Notes under the pieces: model-generated | Told to the model about the DNA's origin: nothing | The model's database searches: none | What the model saw: the letters and a program-made list of their open reading frames with translations, nothing else | In this document: positions 56,232-64,000 of the stretch, in pieces | Layout of the letters: the number at the start of each line of letters is the position of its first letter | Position numbering within the stretch: position 1 is the first letter of the stretch | Position numbers and translations under genes: made by a program | NCBI GenBank assembly: GCA_963717945.1 | Contig: CAVQXT010000007.1 | Span: 236,064 to 300,063, forward strand | Reading direction: 5' to 3' | Source of the DNA: an uncultured Acidobacteriota bacterium | Lineage (GTDB): Bacteria; Acidobacteriota; Vicinamibacteria; Vicinamibacterales; Fen-181 | Length of the DNA: 64,000 nt

Positions 56232-57344
56232 TCAGGCGTCCGCCGGGCCGTCGAACAAGGGCAGCCGCGCGACGGGCCGGCGCCGCTCGATCTCACCGGG
56301 TGCGTCGCACAGGTTGTGGACCGTGACGCCCAGCAGGCGCACGGGCCTGCGGCCCGCCTCGGTCCTCGCCAGCAGGTCCAGCGCGCGGCCGACGATGTCG
56401 TCGCGATCGCAGCCCGCCGCTGCGCGCGTGTGGCTGCGCGTGATGGTCGTGAAGTCGGAGTACCGCACCTTGATCGTCACCGTGCGCGCGTAGCGCTGGT
56501 GGCGTTCCAGCCAGTCGGCGGCGTCCGCCGCCATCGCTTCGATCTCGGTCCGGATCCGCTCGAGTTCGGTGAGATCCTGCGAGTAGGTGTTTTCGCTGCC
56601 CGAGGATTTCGTCGGGCGGTCCGGTTCGACCGTCCGGTCGTCGATGCCGTGGGCGAGCCGCACGAGCCAGTCGGCCGAACTCCCGACCAGGCGCTCGAGC
56701 GCGTCGCGTCCGACTTCGCGGAGCTGCACGGCCTTGACGATCCCCGCCGCGCGCAGCCGGCCGGCCGTGACCGGCCCGACGCCCCAGAGCGCGTCGACCG
56801 GCAGCTTCTGGAGGAACGCCTCGACGCGCCCGGGCGCGACGACGGTCAGGCCGTCGGGCTTCTTCCACCCCGAGGCGACCTTGGCCAGGAACTTGTTGGG
56901 CGCGACGCCGGCCGACGCCGTCAGGCGCGTCGTCTCGCGGATGGCGTCCTTGATCCGGCGGGCGACGGCCATGCCCAGCGTCTCGCCCCAGGCGTTCTCG
57001 GTGACGTCGAGATACGCTTCGTCGAGCGAGAGCGGCTCGACCAGGGGCGTCACCGAGCGGAAGATCGCGAACACCGCCGCCGACACCTCGCGGTACTTGC
57101 GAAAGTCGGGCCGGACGATGACGAGGCCCGGGCACCGGCGCAGCGCGACCGCGCTCGACATGGCGGAGTGGACGCCGAAGCGGCGCGCCTCGTAGCTGGC
57201 GGCCGCCACGACGCCGCGATCCGACGGCCGGCCGCCCACGGCCACCGGCCGGCCGGCGAGCGACGGGTCGTCGCGCTGCTCGACCGACGCGTAAAAGGCG
57301 TCCATGTCCACGTGCACGATGCGGCGAAGATCAGGCGAAGGCAC
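56232..57344 (-). CDS. dinB: DNA polymerase IV (Y-family)
   Basis: IVHVDMDAFYASVEQRDDP, and SLDEAYLDV. The GTG at 57344 is preferred over the TTG at 57395. Confidence 0.92.
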   Translation of the reverse strand: MPSPDLRRIVHVDMDAFYASVEQRDDPSLAGRPVAVGGRPSDRGVVAAASYEARRFGVHSAMSSAVALRRCPGLVIVRPDFRKYREVSAAVFAIFRSVTPLVEPLSLDEAYLDVTENAWGETLGMAVARRIKDAIRETTRLTASAGVAPNKFLAKVASGWKKPDGLTVVAPGRVEAFLQKLPVDALWGVGPVTAGRLRAAGIVKAVQLREVGRDALERLVGSSADWLVRLAHGIDDRTVEPDRPTKSSGSENTYSQDLTELERIRTEIEAMAADAADWLERHQRYARTVTIKVRYSDFTTITRSHTRAAAGCDRDDIVGRALDLLARTEAGRRPVRLLGVTVHNLCDAPGEIERRRPVARLPLFDGPADA

Positions 57345-57350
57345 GGGGGG

Positions 57351-57356
57351 ATTATA
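57351..57356 (-). promoter_or_regulatory. Perfect TATAAT (minus strand) 6 nt upstream of the proposed dinB GTG; possible leaderless transcript
   Basis: ATTATA on the plus strand at 57351-57356. Confidence 0.3.
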
Positions 57357-57390
57357 CGATTTTTGTGGTTGGCGGGGGGTGGGGAAGCGG

Positions 57391-57475
57391 GTCAATCGAA
57401 GAGGCTTGTCAATCGGGGAGACATGTCAATCGAAGAGACATGTCAATCGGGGAGGCATGTCAATCGGGGAGGGTG
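57391..57475. repeat. Tandem repeat, 5 copies of a 17-bp unit (GTCAATCGRRGAGRCAT) plus a partial sixth
   Basis: Counted unit by unit. Unit junctions create ACATGT/GCATGT palindromes every 17 bp. Confidence 0.95.
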
Positions 57476-57611
57476 GTCAAGCCCAGCGTGGGAATCGGCC
57501 GCCCGGAGTCCGGGGCCCAAAACCGCGCCAATAATGCCGACGAAAGCCACAGCCGACAGCGCAACGGCCAGATGGCGCGCCATGGCCGGGGATTCTACTC
57601 CCATCGAAAGG

Positions 57612-57617
57612 TATAAT
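57612..57617 (+). promoter_or_regulatory. Perfect TATAAT -10 box upstream of the C45-like gene
   Basis: GGTATAATCC lies 22 nt upstream of the ATG at 57639. Confidence 0.3.
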
Positions 57618-57638
57618 CCGGCCTCCATGGAGGTGTCG

Positions 57639-59078
57639 ATGAAGGGTCGCCTGCTTTCGGCCGCCGTCCTCGTGCTCGGGCTCCTGACCGCCGCCGGCTG
57701 CAGCCAGCCGCCCGCCGCCCGGAAGACCGCTCAACCCGCCGCCGCGGCCGACGCGAGGCTCGCCGGCAGCTACCGGTTCGACCGCGCCGGCTGGATCTTC
57801 GTGCACCTCGAGGGGCCGCCCTCGACGCTCGGCTTCCAGCACGGCTACCTGCTCGCCGCGGAGACGGCGGACCTGCTGCGGGTGTTCCGCGCCTTCACCG
57901 AGCACCAGACGAAGAAGGACTGGGCGTTCTTCCGCACGGCCTCCGAGCAGATCCTCTGGCCGAAGATGGACGCCGAGTACCAGCAGGAGATCGACGGGAT
58001 CGTCGCCGGCCTGAACGCGAAGCAGGTGGCCGCCGACCGGTGGGACATCGTGGCGCTCAACGCGATCGAGGAGCTGCCCGACTACTACGTGCCGTGGCTC
58101 GAGAAGCAGCAGGGCAAGAAGCCGACCCAGAAGGCGCCCGGCAACTGCAGCGCGTTTGTGGCGACCGGCAGTTACACGAAGGACGGCAAGATCGTCATCG
58201 CCCACAACGCGTGGACCAACTACGTGACCGGCGCCCGCTGGCAGATCGTCTTCGACCTCAAGCCCGAGAAGGGCTACCGGATCCTGATGGACGGCCTGCC
58301 GGGCGTCATCGTGAGCGACGACGACTTCGGCATCAACGCGAACGGCCTCCTGGTGACCGAGACGACGATCACCGGGTTCGAGCTGTTCGACCCGAACGGC
58401 GTGCCCGAGTTCATGCGCGCCCGCAAGGCGCTGCAGTACGCCGGCTCGATCGACGACTACGTGCGGATCATGCTGGACGGCAACAACGGAGCCTACGCCA
58501 ACGACTGGCTCCTCGGCGACACCAAGACGGGCGAGATCGCCCGGTTCGAGCTCGGCCTGAAGGAGCACACCGTCGAGCGGACCAGGGACGGCTACTTCGT
58601 CGGCTCGAACTTCCCGGTCGGCGAGAAGCTGATCCGCAACGAGACCACGTTCGACCCGAAGAAGAAGGACAGCTCGCCCAACGCCCGCCGCACGCGGTGG
58701 GAGCAGTTGATGGCCCAGTACAAAGGGAAAATCGACGTCGAGCTGGCGCGGCAGTTCGAAGGGGACAAGTACGACGTTATCGAGCAGAAGGACGGGCCGA
58801 CCGAGCGGTCGCTGTGCGGATTGATCGACACCTCGCCGCGCGGCGTTCCGGAGTGGAACTGGCCGCCGTACTTCCCGGGGGGGACGGTGCAGTCGAAGGC
58901 CACCGACGCGACGCTGGCCCAGTCGATGCAGATGTGGGCGGCGATGGGACACCAGTGCGCGCCCGACTTCAAGGCGGACGCGTACCTGCAGCAGCACCCG
59001 GAGTTCGGCTGGGCCCGCGGCCTGCTGCGCGACATGCCGACCGGGCCGTGGACGCTGTTTGCGGCAGGGGGGCGGTAG
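57639..59078 (+). CDS. Ntn-hydrolase lipoprotein of the C45 peptidase / phospholipase B-like family
   Basis: The lipobox is LLTAAGC. The candidate nucleophile context is APGNCSAFVATG followed by IVIAHNAW. The GGAGGTG RBS is present. Confidence 0.55.
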   Translation: MKGRLLSAAVLVLGLLTAAGCSQPPAARKTAQPAAAADARLAGSYRFDRAGWIFVHLEGPPSTLGFQHGYLLAAETADLLRVFRAFTEHQTKKDWAFFRTASEQILWPKMDAEYQQEIDGIVAGLNAKQVAADRWDIVALNAIEELPDYYVPWLEKQQGKKPTQKAPGNCSAFVATGSYTKDGKIVIAHNAWTNYVTGARWQIVFDLKPEKGYRILMDGLPGVIVSDDDFGINANGLLVTETTITGFELFDPNGVPEFMRARKALQYAGSIDDYVRIMLDGNNGAYANDWLLGDTKTGEIARFELGLKEHTVERTRDGYFVGSNFPVGEKLIRNETTFDPKKKDSSPNARRTRWEQLMAQYKGKIDVELARQFEGDKYDVIEQKDGPTERSLCGLIDTSPRGVPEWNWPPYFPGGTVQSKATDATLAQSMQMWAAMGHQCAPDFKADAYLQQHPEFGWARGLLRDMPTGPWTLFAAGGR

Positions 59079-59080
59079 AT

Positions 59081-59174
59081 AATCGGAACTGACGCAGAGG
59101 AATCGGAACTGACGCAGAGGGATCGGAACTGACGCAGAGGGATCGGAACTGACGCAGAGGGATCGGAACTGACA
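59081..59174. repeat. Tandem repeat, 4.7 copies of a 20-bp unit (RATCGGAACTGACGCAGAGG)
   Basis: It starts 3 nt after the stop of the C45-like gene. Copies are nearly identical. Confidence 0.95.
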
Positions 59175-59178
59175 GGGT

Positions 59179-59287
59179 CGATTACTCTAGATTCACCCGA
59201 TTACTCTGAGTTCACCGATTACTCTAAATTCACCGATTACTCTAAGTTCACCGATTACGCTAGTTTCCCCGATTACCTATGATTCGC
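59179..59287. repeat. Tandem repeat, about 6 copies of an 18-19-bp AT-rich unit (CGATTACTCTAAGTTCAC); the last copy contains the HAD gene start codon
   Basis: Units start at 59179, 59198, 59216, 59234, 59252 and 59270. The ATG is at 59279. Confidence 0.9.
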
Positions 59288-60136
59288 CTCATTGCCCTGG
59301 ACGTGGACGGTACCCTGCTCGACAGCGAGTGGTGCGTGCCGGCGGCCAACCGTGACGCGATCCGGCGGGCCACCGACGCCGGCGTCGAAGTGGCGCTGGT
59401 CACGGGGCGGCGGTTCGATTTCGCCAGGCCGGTCGTCGAGCAGATCGACGCGCCGCTCACGCTCATCGTGAGCGGCGGCGCGCTGGTCAAGAGCCGGGAC
59501 GGCCGAACGCTCGCCCGCCACCTGCTGCCCGCCCGCGTCGCGCTGTCGGTGGTCGAAGCCACCCGTGATTTTCGCGACGCCACGGCCGTGGTCTTCGACC
59601 GGCCGCACGCGGCGCAGGTCGTGCACGAGCGGCTCGACATCCGCGACAGCCACCGGCGTGCCTACTTCGAGCGCAACCGCGACGCGATCGCCGAGGTCGT
59701 GCCGCTCGAGTCCGCCCTGGTCGAAGATCCCATCCAGGTGATGTTCTCCGGCAGCGTCACCCGCATGCGGGAGCTGGCCGACCTCGTGCGGGCGCTCGAG
59801 GTCTCCGGCTCGGTCGCCCTCGCCGTCACCGAATACGAGCGGCGGGACTTCTCGCTGGTCGACGTCAACCGCGCCGGCTGCACCAAGGGGGCCACGCTCG
59901 CCGAGTGGGTGGCACGGCAGGGACTCACGCCGGCCGAGGTGATGGCCGTCGGCGACAACTTCAACGACCGGGAGATGCTCGAGTTCGCCGGCCTGGCCGT
60001 CGTGATGGGGAACGCCGTCGAGCCGCTGAAGCAGCTCGGCTGGCCGGTGACGCTCGACAACGACCATGGCGGCGTGGCCGCCGCGATCGAGCGGTTCGTC
60101 CTTCAGGACGGCTGTCACCGACCGCCGGGTTCGTGA
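59279..60136 (+). CDS. Cof-type HAD-IIB family hydrolase (sugar phosphatase-like)
   Basis: Motif I is IALDVDGTLL. Also VTGR and the C-terminal GDNFNDREM. Confidence 0.85.
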   Translation: MIRLIALDVDGTLLDSEWCVPAANRDAIRRATDAGVEVALVTGRRFDFARPVVEQIDAPLTLIVSGGALVKSRDGRTLARHLLPARVALSVVEATRDFRDATAVVFDRPHAAQVVHERLDIRDSHRRAYFERNRDAIAEVVPLESALVEDPIQVMFSGSVTRMRELADLVRALEVSGSVALAVTEYERRDFSLVDVNRAGCTKGATLAEWVARQGLTPAEVMAVGDNFNDREMLEFAGLAVVMGNAVEPLKQLGWPVTLDNDHGGVAAAIERFVLQDGCHRPPGS

Positions 60137-60243
60137 ATCTCCCGTCCTGAAGGTATCCGCCGGCATCCCCCGTGCCGGCACTTGTGCCCGTTTTCACAAG
60201 CGCGCGCCCGGCCGGCAGCCGGGTGCCGCCCCGGTTGGTCATC

Positions 60244-62436
60244 ATGACGACGGTTTCCAGGCGGCGATTTCTCCAGATCTCGGGGGCCACGGCCGGCCTG
60301 GCCGCCGCCGGCTCGGCGGCCGGCGGCCTCTCTCGGAGGATGAGCGCGGCGGCGCGGGAGAAGGGCGTTCGGACGGTCCCTACCTACTGCGACATGTGCT
60401 TCTGGAAGTGCGGCGCGATCGCCACCGTGCGCGACGGGCGGCTGTGGAAGATCGAGGGGAATCCCGCCGACCCGCTGAGCCGCGGGCGGCTGTGCCCGCG
60501 CGGCACGGGCGGCGTCGGCGCCCACGTCGATCCCGACCGGCTGAAGGCGCCGCTCGTCCGCCGGCAGAAGCGCGGCCAGGAGGAATGGGCCGAGGTCACC
60601 TGGGACGAGGCGCTGAACGTCGTCGCCGGGAAGCTGCAGAAGATCAAGGCGGAGCACGGCCCCGAGGCGGTCGCGCTCTTCTCGCACGGCATCGGCGGGA
60701 CGTTCATCAAGCACACGCTCAAGGCCTACGGGACGCCGAACGTCGCTGCCCCGTCGTTCGCGCAGTGCCGCGGCCCTCGCGACGTCGGCTTCACCCTCAC
60801 CTTCGGCGAAGAGGTCGGGTCGCCCGAGCGGACCGACATCCGCAATGCCCGCTGCCTCGTGCTCATCGGCTCGCACCTCGGCGAGAACATGCACAACACA
60901 CAGGCGCAGGAGTTCGCCGAGGCGATCGGCGCCGGCGCCTCGATCATCGTCGTCGACCCCCGGTTCTCGGTGGCGGCGAGCAAGGCGAAACACTACCTCC
61001 CGATCACGCCCGGCGCGGACCTCGCCCTTCTGCTCGCGTGGATGAACGTGCTCGTCGCCGAGGGGCTCTACGACAAGGAGTACGTCGACGCCCACGGGTT
61101 CGGCTTCGAGCAGTTCAAGGCGGAGATCGCCGGCGCGACGCCCGAGTGGGCGTATCCGGAGACCGGGATCGAGCCGGCCGTCATCCGCGAGACCGCTCGC
61201 GAGATGGCGAGGTACCGGCCCGCGACCCTGGTCCATCCCGGTCGGCACGTCACCTGGTACGGCGACGACCTCCAGCGGAGCCGCGCCATCGCGCTTTTGA
61301 ACGCGCTGCTCGGCAGCTGGGGCCGGAAGGGCGGCTTCTGGAAGCCGGCGCAGATGAGCGTCCCCGGCTATCCGTATCCGGCGTATCCGACGCCGGGGAA
61401 AGGGAGGGTGGACAACCGGGACGGGAGGTTCCCGTTCGCGAGCGAGCCGGTCACGACCGCCATCCGCGAGGCGACGCTCACCGGCCAGCCGTACCCGGTC
61501 AAGGCCTGGGTCGTCTACGCGACCAACCTGCTCTACGCGATGCCCGACCAGCAGGCGACCATCCGCGCCATGCAGGCGCTCGACCTGCTGGTGGTCGTCG
61601 ACGTCATCCCGAGCGAGATCGCCGGCTGGGCCGACGTGGTGCTGCCCGAGACGACGTATCTCGAGCGCTACGACGAGCTGAACGTCGAGTGGTTCCGCGA
61701 GCCGTTCGTGGCGCTGCGTCAGCCCGTCGTCCACGCCCCGCACGCGCAGAAGCCGAACTGGTGGATCGCGAGGCAGCTCGCCCTCAAGCTCGGCCTCGGG
61801 GCCTACTATCCCTGGACGACGATCGAGGAGTACCTGGACCACCGGCTGAAGGGCGCGGGCCTGAGCTTGGCGACGCTCAAGCGGGAGGGGATCATCCGCG
61901 GCGGGACGCCGCCGGTGTTCTTCGAGGAAGGCCTCCAGCCGGAGTTTCCGACCCCATCGGGCAAGATCGAGTTCTATTCGACGCCGCTCCGGGAGGCCGG
62001 GTCCGACCCGGTGCCGAAGTTCAAGCGGCCCGAGCCGCCGCCCGAGGGCTCGTTCCGCCTGCTGTTCGGCCGGGCTCCGATGCACTCGTTCAGCCGCACG
62101 CAAAGCAACCCGATTCTCCACGACGGGATGGCGGAGAACGAGCTGTGGGTAAACCTCCACGCCGCTTCCGGCCTGGGCTTCACGTCGGGGCAGTACGTCC
62201 GGGTGCGCAACCAGGACGGCGTCGTGAGCGACCGGATTCGCCTCAAGGCCACCGAGCGCATCCGGCCCGACTGCGTCTACATGGTGCACGGGTTCGGGCA
62301 CACGTCCAAGAGGCTCACCCGCGCGCTCGGCAAGGGCGCGAGCGACTCGCAGCTGATCACACGGTACGTCATCGACCCGCTCATGGGCGGCACCGGCATG
62401 AACGTCAACTTCGTCACGATCGAGGCGGGGGAGTAG
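60244..62436 (+). CDS. Tat-exported molybdopterin oxidoreductase catalytic subunit (PsrA/PhsA/NrfC-partner type)
   Basis: The Tat signal is SRRRFLQISGATAGLAAAG. The N-terminal 4Fe-4S motif is CDMCFWKCG...CPRG. An MGD-binding domain is present. Confidence 0.85.
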   Translation: MTTVSRRRFLQISGATAGLAAAGSAAGGLSRRMSAAAREKGVRTVPTYCDMCFWKCGAIATVRDGRLWKIEGNPADPLSRGRLCPRGTGGVGAHVDPDRLKAPLVRRQKRGQEEWAEVTWDEALNVVAGKLQKIKAEHGPEAVALFSHGIGGTFIKHTLKAYGTPNVAAPSFAQCRGPRDVGFTLTFGEEVGSPERTDIRNARCLVLIGSHLGENMHNTQAQEFAEAIGAGASIIVVDPRFSVAASKAKHYLPITPGADLALLLAWMNVLVAEGLYDKEYVDAHGFGFEQFKAEIAGATPEWAYPETGIEPAVIRETAREMARYRPATLVHPGRHVTWYGDDLQRSRAIALLNALLGSWGRKGGFWKPAQMSVPGYPYPAYPTPGKGRVDNRDGRFPFASEPVTTAIREATLTGQPYPVKAWVVYATNLLYAMPDQQATIRAMQALDLLVVVDVIPSEIAGWADVVLPETTYLERYDELNVEWFREPFVALRQPVVHAPHAQKPNWWIARQLALKLGLGAYYPWTTIEEYLDHRLKGAGLSLATLKREGIIRGGTPPVFFEEGLQPEFPTPSGKIEFYSTPLREAGSDPVPKFKRPEPPPEGSFRLLFGRAPMHSFSRTQSNPILHDGMAENELWVNLHAASGLGFTSGQYVRVRNQDGVVSDRIRLKATERIRPDCVYMVHGFGHTSKRLTRALGKGASDSQLITRYVIDPLMGGTGMNVNFVTIEAGE

Positions 62437-62440
62437 GGCG

Positions 62441-62980
62441 ATGGCGCGTTACGGCATGGTGATCGACACCCGGAAGTGCGTCGGCTGCACCGACTGCGTC
62501 GTCGCCTGCAAGACCGAGAACCAGGTGCCCGACGCGCTGAACCGGGACTGGGTGGCCTACGATACCCGCGGGTCGTTTCCGACGCTGGCGCTCGAGATCC
62601 GCAGCGAGCGCTGCAACCACTGCGACAACCCGCCGTGCGTCGCCTGCTGCCCGACCGGGGCCAGCCACGTGGACCCGTTCGGGCAGATCGTGCTGGTGAC
62701 GATGGAGCGGTGCATCGGGTGCAAGGCGTGCCTGGCGGCGTGCCCGTACGACGCGCGGTTCGTCAACCCCGACGGCTACGCCGACAAGTGCACGTTCTGC
62801 GTGCACCGCGTGAAAGAAGGGCTGGACCCCGCCTGCGTGTCGGTGTGCCCGACGCGCTGCATGACGTTCGGGGACCTCGAGGATCCGGCGAGCGAGGCCC
62901 GTCGGTTGCTGGGGTCGAGGCCTCACCATGCGCTCGAGGAAGCGGCGGGAACGGAGCCGAGGATCTTCTACCTCACGTAG
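62441..62980 (+). CDS. 4Fe-4S ferredoxin-type electron-transfer subunit (PsrB/NrfC-like)
   Basis: Four Cys clusters are present: CVGCTDCVVAC, CNHCDNPPCVACC, CIGCKACLAAC and CTFCVHR. Confidence 0.9.
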   Translation: MARYGMVIDTRKCVGCTDCVVACKTENQVPDALNRDWVAYDTRGSFPTLALEIRSERCNHCDNPPCVACCPTGASHVDPFGQIVLVTMERCIGCKACLAACPYDARFVNPDGYADKCTFCVHRVKEGLDPACVSVCPTRCMTFGDLEDPASEARRLLGSRPHHALEEAAGTEPRIFYLT

Positions 62981-62988
62981 GAAGTAGT

Positions 62989-63075
62989 GGCGAGGAGCGA
63001 GGAGCGAGGGACGACATTGACGCGTAGGGGCGGGCCTTGTGCCCGCCCGTGGGTAGCGAGAGGGCGAGAGGGCAC
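62989..63075. repeat. Intergenic repeat mosaic: heptamers (GGCGAGG AGCGAGG AGCGAGG), a REP 1b-like hairpin (GGGCGGGC CTTGT GCCCGCCC, 63028-63048) and 8-mers (GCGAGAGG x2)
   Basis: Read directly between the psrB-like stop and the nrfD-like start. Confidence 0.8.
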
Positions 63076-63076
63076 G

Positions 63077-64000
63077 ATGAGAGAGCTGGTGCTGACGCGA
63101 CATAACGAGCTCGTCGACCCGTTGCTCCGCGTCTGGGGCTGGCAGGTCCCGGTCTACCTGTTCCTCGGCGGGTGGGTGGCCGGCATGATGATCATCGTCG
63201 GCTACTTCCTGTTGCGCGACCGCCATCGGCGGGAGTCGTGCGTGTGCGGCGTCCTGCCGTCGCTCGGCGTGCTCGTGCTGAGCGTCGGGATGCTCGCCCT
63301 CTTCCTCGACCTCGAGTACAAGCGGCACGTCTGGCGGCTCTACACCACCTTCCAGATCACGTCGCCGATGTCGTGGGGCGCCTGGATCCTGCTGCTGGTG
63401 TACCCGGCCCTGGCGGCCGCGTTCGTGCTGCACCCGCCGGAGCCGGTGCGCGGGATCTGGCCGCGCCTCGACGGGTGGTCCGCCGCGCTCGCCGAGCCGC
63501 GGCGGGTGCGCGCCATCGCGGTGGCGAACATCGTGCTCGGCGTCGGCCTGGGCATCTACACGGGCATCCTGCTGAGCGCGCTCGGCGCGCGGCCGTTCTG
63601 GAACAGCGCGATTCTCGGCCCGCTGTTCCTCGTCTCGGGCCTCTCGTCGGCCGCCGCATTCGCGCACCTGGTGGCCCGGCACGCCGAAGAGCGGGTTCTG
63701 CTCGCGACGGGCGACAACGTGTTCCTCGTGATCGAGCTGTTCGTGATCGGCCTGCTGCTCGTCGGGCTGCTCAGCTCGTCGCACGCGCACGTCGCCGCCG
63801 CCCGCCTGGTGCTCGGCGGGCCGTTCACCGGCGTTTTCTGGGTGCTCGTCATCGGCGTGGGCATCGTGATCCCGCTCGTGATCCAGGTTCTCGCCGTGTC
63901 GCACCGGATCCGCCACACGCCGCTCGCGCCGATCCTCGTCATGGCCGGCGGCCTGGCGCTCCGGTTCGTCGTCGTCGCGGTGGGGCAGTTCAGCCGCTGG
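63077..64000 (+). CDS. NrfD/PsrC-like polytopic membrane quinol-interacting subunit (3' end beyond the window)
   Basis: My translation is MRELVLTRHNELVDPLLRVWGWQVPVYLFLGGWVAGMMII...FWNSAILGPLFLVSGLSSAAAF... The frame stays open to position 64000. It is absent from the ORF track because no stop falls in the window. Confidence 0.8.
   Translation, partial: MRELVLTRHNELVDPLLRVWGWQVPVYLFLGGWVAGMMIIVGYFLLRDRHRRESCVCGVLPSLGVLVLSVGMLALFLDLEYKRHVWRLYTTFQITSPMSWGAWILLLVYPALAAAFVLHPPEPVRGIWPRLDGWSAALAEPRRVRAIAVANIVLGVGLGIYTGILLSALGARPFWNSAILGPLFLVSGLSSAAAFAHLVARHAEERVLLATGDNVFLVIELFVIGLLLVGLLSSSHAHVAAARLVLGGPFTGVFWVLVIGVGIVIPLVIQVLAVSHRIRHTPLAPILVMAGGLALRFVVVAVGQFSRW

Noticed and set aside
56316-57638. 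The N-terminal 440 codons of the 920-aa plus-strand ORF 56316..59078
   Set aside because: They are antisense to dinB. The lipoprotein signal with its RBS begins at 57639.

Overview
This is a high-GC bacterial chromosomal segment. The VWA protein with an N-terminal domain typical of Acidobacteria suggests Acidobacteriota, but that is inference only. The window is dominated by housekeeping genes. The main blocks are:
- S41 protease and smc.
- A complete rimP-nusA-infB-DUF503-rbfA-nrnA-truB-rpsO-pnp cluster on the minus strand, followed by rimO.
- A tight five-gene minus-strand operon: MidA-like methyltransferase, CYTH, NDP-sugar pyrophosphorylase, AmgK-like kinase, TIM-barrel isomerase.
- htrA, glgP, acnA and queG.
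- hypAB, next to a RACo-like corrinoid activase and a homocysteine-methyltransferase domain protein.
- A rubrerythrin, a membrane MutS-like protein, two tandem VirJ/AcvB-like hydrolases and dinB.
- A Psr/Nrf-type molybdopterin oxidoreductase ABC operon that runs off the right edge.

I found no rRNA, tRNA, CRISPR array, transposase, integrase or phage genes, and no convincing gene-encoded defence or novel multi-gene system.

The most unusual signal is in the non-coding DNA. Intergenic regions are packed with unrelated short tandem-repeat arrays (units of 7, 8, 12, 17, 18, 20, 23 and 50 bp) and with two or three families of REP-like palindromic hairpins. Some of these elements overlap stop or start codons, and one sits in-frame inside rimO.

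Two genes look disrupted. A GT2 polyprenyl-phosphate glycosyltransferase has an in-frame TGA followed by 41 conserved in-frame codons. A DUF4097 lipoprotein is split by a +1 frame change.

All protein calls rest on my own recognition of motifs in the supplied translations. No database search was run.
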